Of a stretch of 64,000 nucleotides of DNA, positions 59,935 to 64,000 are shown in pieces (position 1 is the first letter of the stretch; the number at the start of each line of letters is the position of its first letter). Both the position numbers and the translations under genes were made by a program. The stretch covers positions 1 through 64,000 of the forward strand of contig JAHQWK010000032.1 in NCBI GenBank assembly GCA_029856145.1, given 5' to 3'. The notes under the pieces were generated by a model, which was given only the letters and a program-made list of their open reading frames with translations, was not told the DNA's origin and did not search any database. Source of the DNA: Promethearchaeia archaeon (lineage in GTDB: Archaea; Asgardarchaeota; Lokiarchaeia; Sigyniarchaeales; SOKP01).

Positions 59935-61516
59935 AAAATTCTAAAGAATCTAAAGAGGAACCTTTATTTAATGCTTCCATACCGTTTTTACTTAATTCCT
60001 CTATGTTTTCTAATAATTGTTTAGCACTAGTGAATTTAGCTTTAAAATCAACCCATTTCTTTTTAATATCGTCTTCTACAATCTCAGAGAGGAACATGGA
60101 TCCATTTTCAAGGATATCGTTCAATTTCTTAATGTCCATTGCTTTTAAAGATAACTTGAAGTTACCTTCTAATTTTGAAAGTTCTGCATTAAGTTTTCTT
60201 TGTTTTTCCTCGAACTCCTGTATTTCTTTAATTTTCCTTTTGGTTAATTCTAAAATTTTATTATAATTCTCAACTAATTCCGTTTTTTCTATTGAGTTAG
60301 CGAGGGTAATAAGTTTGTCACAATCTTTTACTACATCATCTAGATGATTATTTTTCCTATTGTTTTTGATCTTATTTTCTAATTCTATAATTTCTGAATT
60401 AATATTATTATATGACTGTTCAGCAGAATCCGTTTCATTATTCAGCACATTTAATTTAGTACGATATTCTGGAAGATCGATTTTTTCTACTTGTTTAATT
60501 AATTCTTTAATTTTTGATTTTAGTTCTTTATATTGATGATTTCTTCTTAATTTAGCAATTTCTTTAGAGAATAACTCATATTTTTCAATAAATTCTACTT
60601 TTTCTTTAGTATCTTGTATATTATTCTTTAATCCTTCCCATTTAATCCTAATTTTTTCATCTGTTAGATTAGAGAGAAGACCTAATCCTTTTTCAAAAAT
60701 CTCCATTGCTTTAGATAAATCAAGATTTTCTAAAGAAGATTGTAATTCTTTTTCCAATCTTATAACATCATTTCTTAACTTCTCTTGTTCTGAATTCCAT
60801 TTCTTTTTTTCTTTTAAAATTAGTTCTTTAGCACTCGGGATTAACGATAAATCATATATAGTCTCATATTTTTTAATGAAACTTTCAACTAAATTATGAG
60901 CTTCTAATATCTTTTTAGAATTTACTAACTCATTATATTCCTTTTCAACTTTAGTAGTTTCTTCTTCAATTTCAGAGACTATTTCTTTATTTTCATATTT
61001 TTCAGTTAAATCCGAAATTAATCTTTTCTGTTCTGTTACAAGAGCATCGTCTTGTATTTTTTTTGCTAATTCTATTATTTCTTTCAATAAGTCAATTGCA
61101 TTTTTATATCGTTCTGATTTTATCAATTTCTCTGATTTTTCTTTTAAAGTATCTACTTTTATTAAAATTGGAAGAACTGTTTTTTCTTGATAATTAATGA
61201 TTTCATACAATTCTTCTTTTTTCATATTTAAATTATTGAAGAATTCTGATGGCTCAGCTCTCATATCAAAAGTGAAGTTTCTAATAATTCGAAAATCAGG
61301 GAATTCATCCTTCAATAATACACGAATTTGAGAAATGTGGTTTTTTAAGGCTTGAGTAGCGTTTCTACCAATCCATATATACATTGTTTTTATTTTTTGA
61401 ATATAAATAGCTAATATATTTACAATTGTAAAAACTTCTTTTATGTTTTCATAAGCTACCTCATCAAAAGTCCCATCAAAATTAAGCTTGAAAGTTTTTA
61501 TTATATTTTCAACCAT
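59894..61516 (-). CDS. Gelsolin-like domain + long helical repeat protein
   Basis: MYIWIGRNA...EPSEFF gelsolin-repeat signature in the first ~100 aa. Confidence 0.7.
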   Translation of the reverse strand: MVENIIKTFKLNFDGTFDEVAYENIKEVFTIVNILAIYIQKIKTMYIWIGRNATQALKNHISQIRVLLKDEFPDFRIIRNFTFDMRAEPSEFFNNLNMKKEELYEIINYQEKTVLPILIKVDTLKEKSEKLIKSERYKNAIDLLKEIIELAKKIQDDALVTEQKRLISDLTEKYENKEIVSEIEEETTKVEKEYNELVNSKKILEAHNLVESFIKKYETIYDLSLIPSAKELILKEKKKWNSEQEKLRNDVIRLEKELQSSLENLDLSKAMEIFEKGLGLLSNLTDEKIRIKWEGLKNNIQDTKEKVEFIEKYELFSKEIAKLRRNHQYKELKSKIKELIKQVEKIDLPEYRTKLNVLNNETDSAEQSYNNINSEIIELENKIKNNRKNNHLDDVVKDCDKLITLANSIEKTELVENYNKILELTKRKIKEIQEFEEKQRKLNAELSKLEGNFKLSLKAMDIKKLNDILENGSMFLSEIVEDDIKKKWVDFKAKFTSAKQLLENIEELSKNGMEALNKGSSLDSLEFFEQIILQIQEYKI

Positions 61517-61668
61517 CTAACCTCATCTTTAAACTATGCAATAAAATAGTTAAAGAATTTGTTTTTAAACGTTTGCGATTAGAAAGTAGAATTTGAGCTA
61601 TACTTTCATAAGTAGAAAAAAGTAATTAATTAAAAGAGATTATTCCAATCTTAAGTTGTTTGATATTA

Positions 61669-63651
61669 CTAAATTTTTTTTATTTCACCATTTTCTTCTA
61701 AAGTTTTCGCAAAATTCTGAACCTTACTTGGATAAAACACATGTTCGTATTCTAATGTAAGCATAGCACTAATCTCCTTAAGATTTAAAGATAAATCAAT
61801 AAAATTTATCATTTCACGGACTTCGCCTCCCCAAATATCAGGAGGTTCTGGAACTTTGAATTTTTCATAAGCACTTGAAAGCAAAATTGGCACATAAAAT
61901 TTCAAATTCCTACTCCCTAAGAAGGGTAAAGCCCATTTTTGACTAAAATAGTTTGGTTCATTAATAAGGTCAATGTCAATAGATATATGTTTACATAAAG
62001 TAATCCATTGTGAATGCAATTTTTTCTTCAATTGATCTAACTCACTATACTTTTCTAAAATCAATTCTTTAATTATTGAAGATAATGAAAAAGATTGCTT
62101 TACTACATCTAATATTTTTATTTCATGGTTGATAAAAGCATCTATTATAGCCACTCCCATTAAAGTTTTCTCATCTCTTGATATTTCTGAGTCAGTACTT
62201 CCTAAATTAAGTTTATTAAAAAGATTGAGCAATATTTTTTTTGTTTTACCAAGTCGTTGGTAGTATCCTTCTTCTATAATTGGCCATATAGTGATTAATG
62301 ATTCACTGTTCTGTATTGAAAAGATATAACTGGTACAGAACGATATAGCAATTACTCGCTGTAATTCGGTAGAATCACACTTCTCTATAGTATCAAGTGA
62401 ACTATGCCAAAAAGGGTCATTGTGCCCTATCATTAGGCCAGGTATTCTTATAGGGGTTCCAGCAAATATAGTATGGTCACTTCCACCTGAATAGGGCGTA
62501 AACCGATATCGCATCCGTTTGTTAGTACCATTTACAGCTACCCCTTTAGGATGATCTGCGATAATTCTCGTAAAATATTGAATAATATCATTTAAAATTG
62601 AAGGTCTTGAATATGGGGCCAAACAAATCTCACAAGGTTCTCCAACTATTATGGGGTGTTCCCCAATCATGTCCAAATTTATATTAAAAAGTGCATTTTT
62701 AACTATTTCTTCGTGTTCTTTAACCCATGGAAATGTCCCATGAAATTCAGGAACCCAAAGAAATCTTATTGTTCTTTTAGGTGGTTCTAATCTTTTTTGT
62801 TTTATTAGGACTGAGAGTGAGCGTGCTAATTCTATTAATCCCCCAGATCCACTGGCATTGTCATTTACTCCTGCAGCAGGATGACAAATATGTGCTGTTA
62901 AAATTATTTCTTCTTGAGGTTTTTCTGTTCCGTAAATAGCGGCAGAGATTACCTCTAAATCTCCATTGTATACTTTAGCATTAAGTTTAGCATGGAGTTT
63001 AACGGGACCTTTTCTTAAAAGTTCTTTTAAATATAGTCCTTGCTCAAAAGTGATACTAAAACCAAAAGTTGTTTTTTCTAAATCTTCAGCGATCGCAGGA
63101 AACCTATTATAAATTGTCATACCTTTATGACCCGCTGCTCGTTCCGGATTAGGATATACTATAACCCCTAATGCTCCTTTTTGAACATATATGGGAGGAA
63201 CTATTATTCTTGGTGCTTCCATTAATATCATTTTACCTTTTACATCCTTTCCTTCAAAATCTTCTTCACTCATACCTTTTCCAACATAGATTAACTCAGC
63301 ATTAACATCACAACCTTTTGATCTCCCCAAAACACACATTGGAATATCTTGAAATCGACATAATATTTCTTTTTTTGGTTCTACTAACCATAATTCCCCG
63401 GATTTTATTTCCCAACTTTGAGTTACTATCCATTCCCATGTTTTTGTCTTTCCATCTGCGGGATATTTATGGACTTTTATTTCGTCTAAACCATACGATT
63501 CTAATTCATTAATTACTTGCTGTACAATTTCATGATAATCTTGGGAACCTACTACTCGATTATAGTGCGATATCTTCGCTACCCAATCCAAAGCATATTT
63601 TCCACTTACTTCATTGAGGACAATATCAATCAATTTAGAAAGATCTTTCAT
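61669..63651 (-). CDS. M28-family peptidase with PA domain (DUF4910-like)
   Basis: AHICH, NDNASG, VPEF.G, NLDMIG, GGSDH, WHSSLDT. Confidence 0.88.
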   Translation of the reverse strand: MKDLSKLIDIVLNEVSGKYALDWVAKISHYNRVVGSQDYHEIVQQVINELESYGLDEIKVHKYPADGKTKTWEWIVTQSWEIKSGELWLVEPKKEILCRFQDIPMCVLGRSKGCDVNAELIYVGKGMSEEDFEGKDVKGKMILMEAPRIIVPPIYVQKGALGVIVYPNPERAAGHKGMTIYNRFPAIAEDLEKTTFGFSITFEQGLYLKELLRKGPVKLHAKLNAKVYNGDLEVISAAIYGTEKPQEEIILTAHICHPAAGVNDNASGSGGLIELARSLSVLIKQKRLEPPKRTIRFLWVPEFHGTFPWVKEHEEIVKNALFNINLDMIGEHPIIVGEPCEICLAPYSRPSILNDIIQYFTRIIADHPKGVAVNGTNKRMRYRFTPYSGGSDHTIFAGTPIRIPGLMIGHNDPFWHSSLDTIEKCDSTELQRVIAISFCTSYIFSIQNSESLITIWPIIEEGYYQRLGKTKKILLNLFNKLNLGSTDSEISRDEKTLMGVAIIDAFINHEIKILDVVKQSFSLSSIIKELILEKYSELDQLKKKLHSQWITLCKHISIDIDLINEPNYFSQKWALPFLGSRNLKFYVPILLSSAYEKFKVPEPPDIWGGEVREMINFIDLSLNLKEISAMLTLEYEHVFYPSKVQNFAKTLEENGEIKKI

Positions 63652-63747
63652 ATTCAGGCCACCAAATAAGCAATTTTATTTTTATTTAAATTGATATTAC
63701 ATTCTATTAAGATATAAAGCTTATGAATGAAAACTAATAGACTTACT

Positions 63748-64000
63748 TTAAATAATTTTTCTAGGATCTAATAACTCATCAAGATCTCCTTCAATCTTGA
63801 TCCCTAATTCCTTTATTACCTCTTTAATTGTTTTATTTTCTTTATACGCTTTTTGAGCAATTTCAGCTGCTTTATCATATCCAATTATAGGATTTAGGTT
63901 AGTTATAATCATCAACATTCTGTCTAGTTGAGAGTCTATGGATGCTATATTAGCTTTCAAATCTTTTAAACAATAGTCTATAAATGAGTTTACACCATTA
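63748..64000 (-). CDS. fumC: Class II fumarate hydratase / aspartase, C-terminal part (5'-partial)
   Basis: SF...CL..LKAN...M.IT.LNP.IGYDKAAEIAQKA...LLDP; the frame is open to the window edge. Confidence 0.85.
   Translation of the reverse strand, partial: NGVNSFIDYCLKDLKANIASIDSQLDRMLMIITNLNPIIGYDKAAEIAQKAYKENKTIKEVIKELGIKIEGDLDELLDPRKII

Overview
AT-rich, gene-dense archaeal DNA, most likely from an Asgard archaeon (Lokiarchaeia-like). This is inferred from archaeal housekeeping genes (HdrB, archaeal MtaB, AlaX, class II RNR, GGTGA-type ribosome-binding sites) found together with eukaryotic-signature proteins: a Rab-like GTPase, a longin-GTPase fusion, a JAB/E1/E2/ubiquitin cluster, a gelsolin-like protein, an SDS22-like LRR and a LITAF-like domain. 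I saw no rRNA, tRNA, CRISPR array or transposase. Highlights: (1) a 30-nt canonical bulge-helix-bulge (BHB) intron inside a protein-coding gene (34945..34974). It carries an in-frame stop, and its removal restores the N-terminus conserved in two paralogs. (2) That gene belongs to a ~19.4-kb array of 10 genes (13 modules of three types, A/B/C) encoding membrane-bound left-handed beta-helix proteins. The array resembles a split, multiplied C1-C2-C3 region of poly-amino-acid synthetases (Pls/PosA), with a GH3/ANL-like adenylating enzyme and a nitrilase-family amidase embedded in it. (3) A UGA-containing UxxC peroxiredoxin-like selenoprotein missed by the ORF track. (4) A heliorhodopsin. (5) A compact ubiquitin system led by a degenerate longin-GTPase and flanked by a multipass membrane protein with a RING-like C-terminus. 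All family assignments come from motif recognition by eye; no database search was run.
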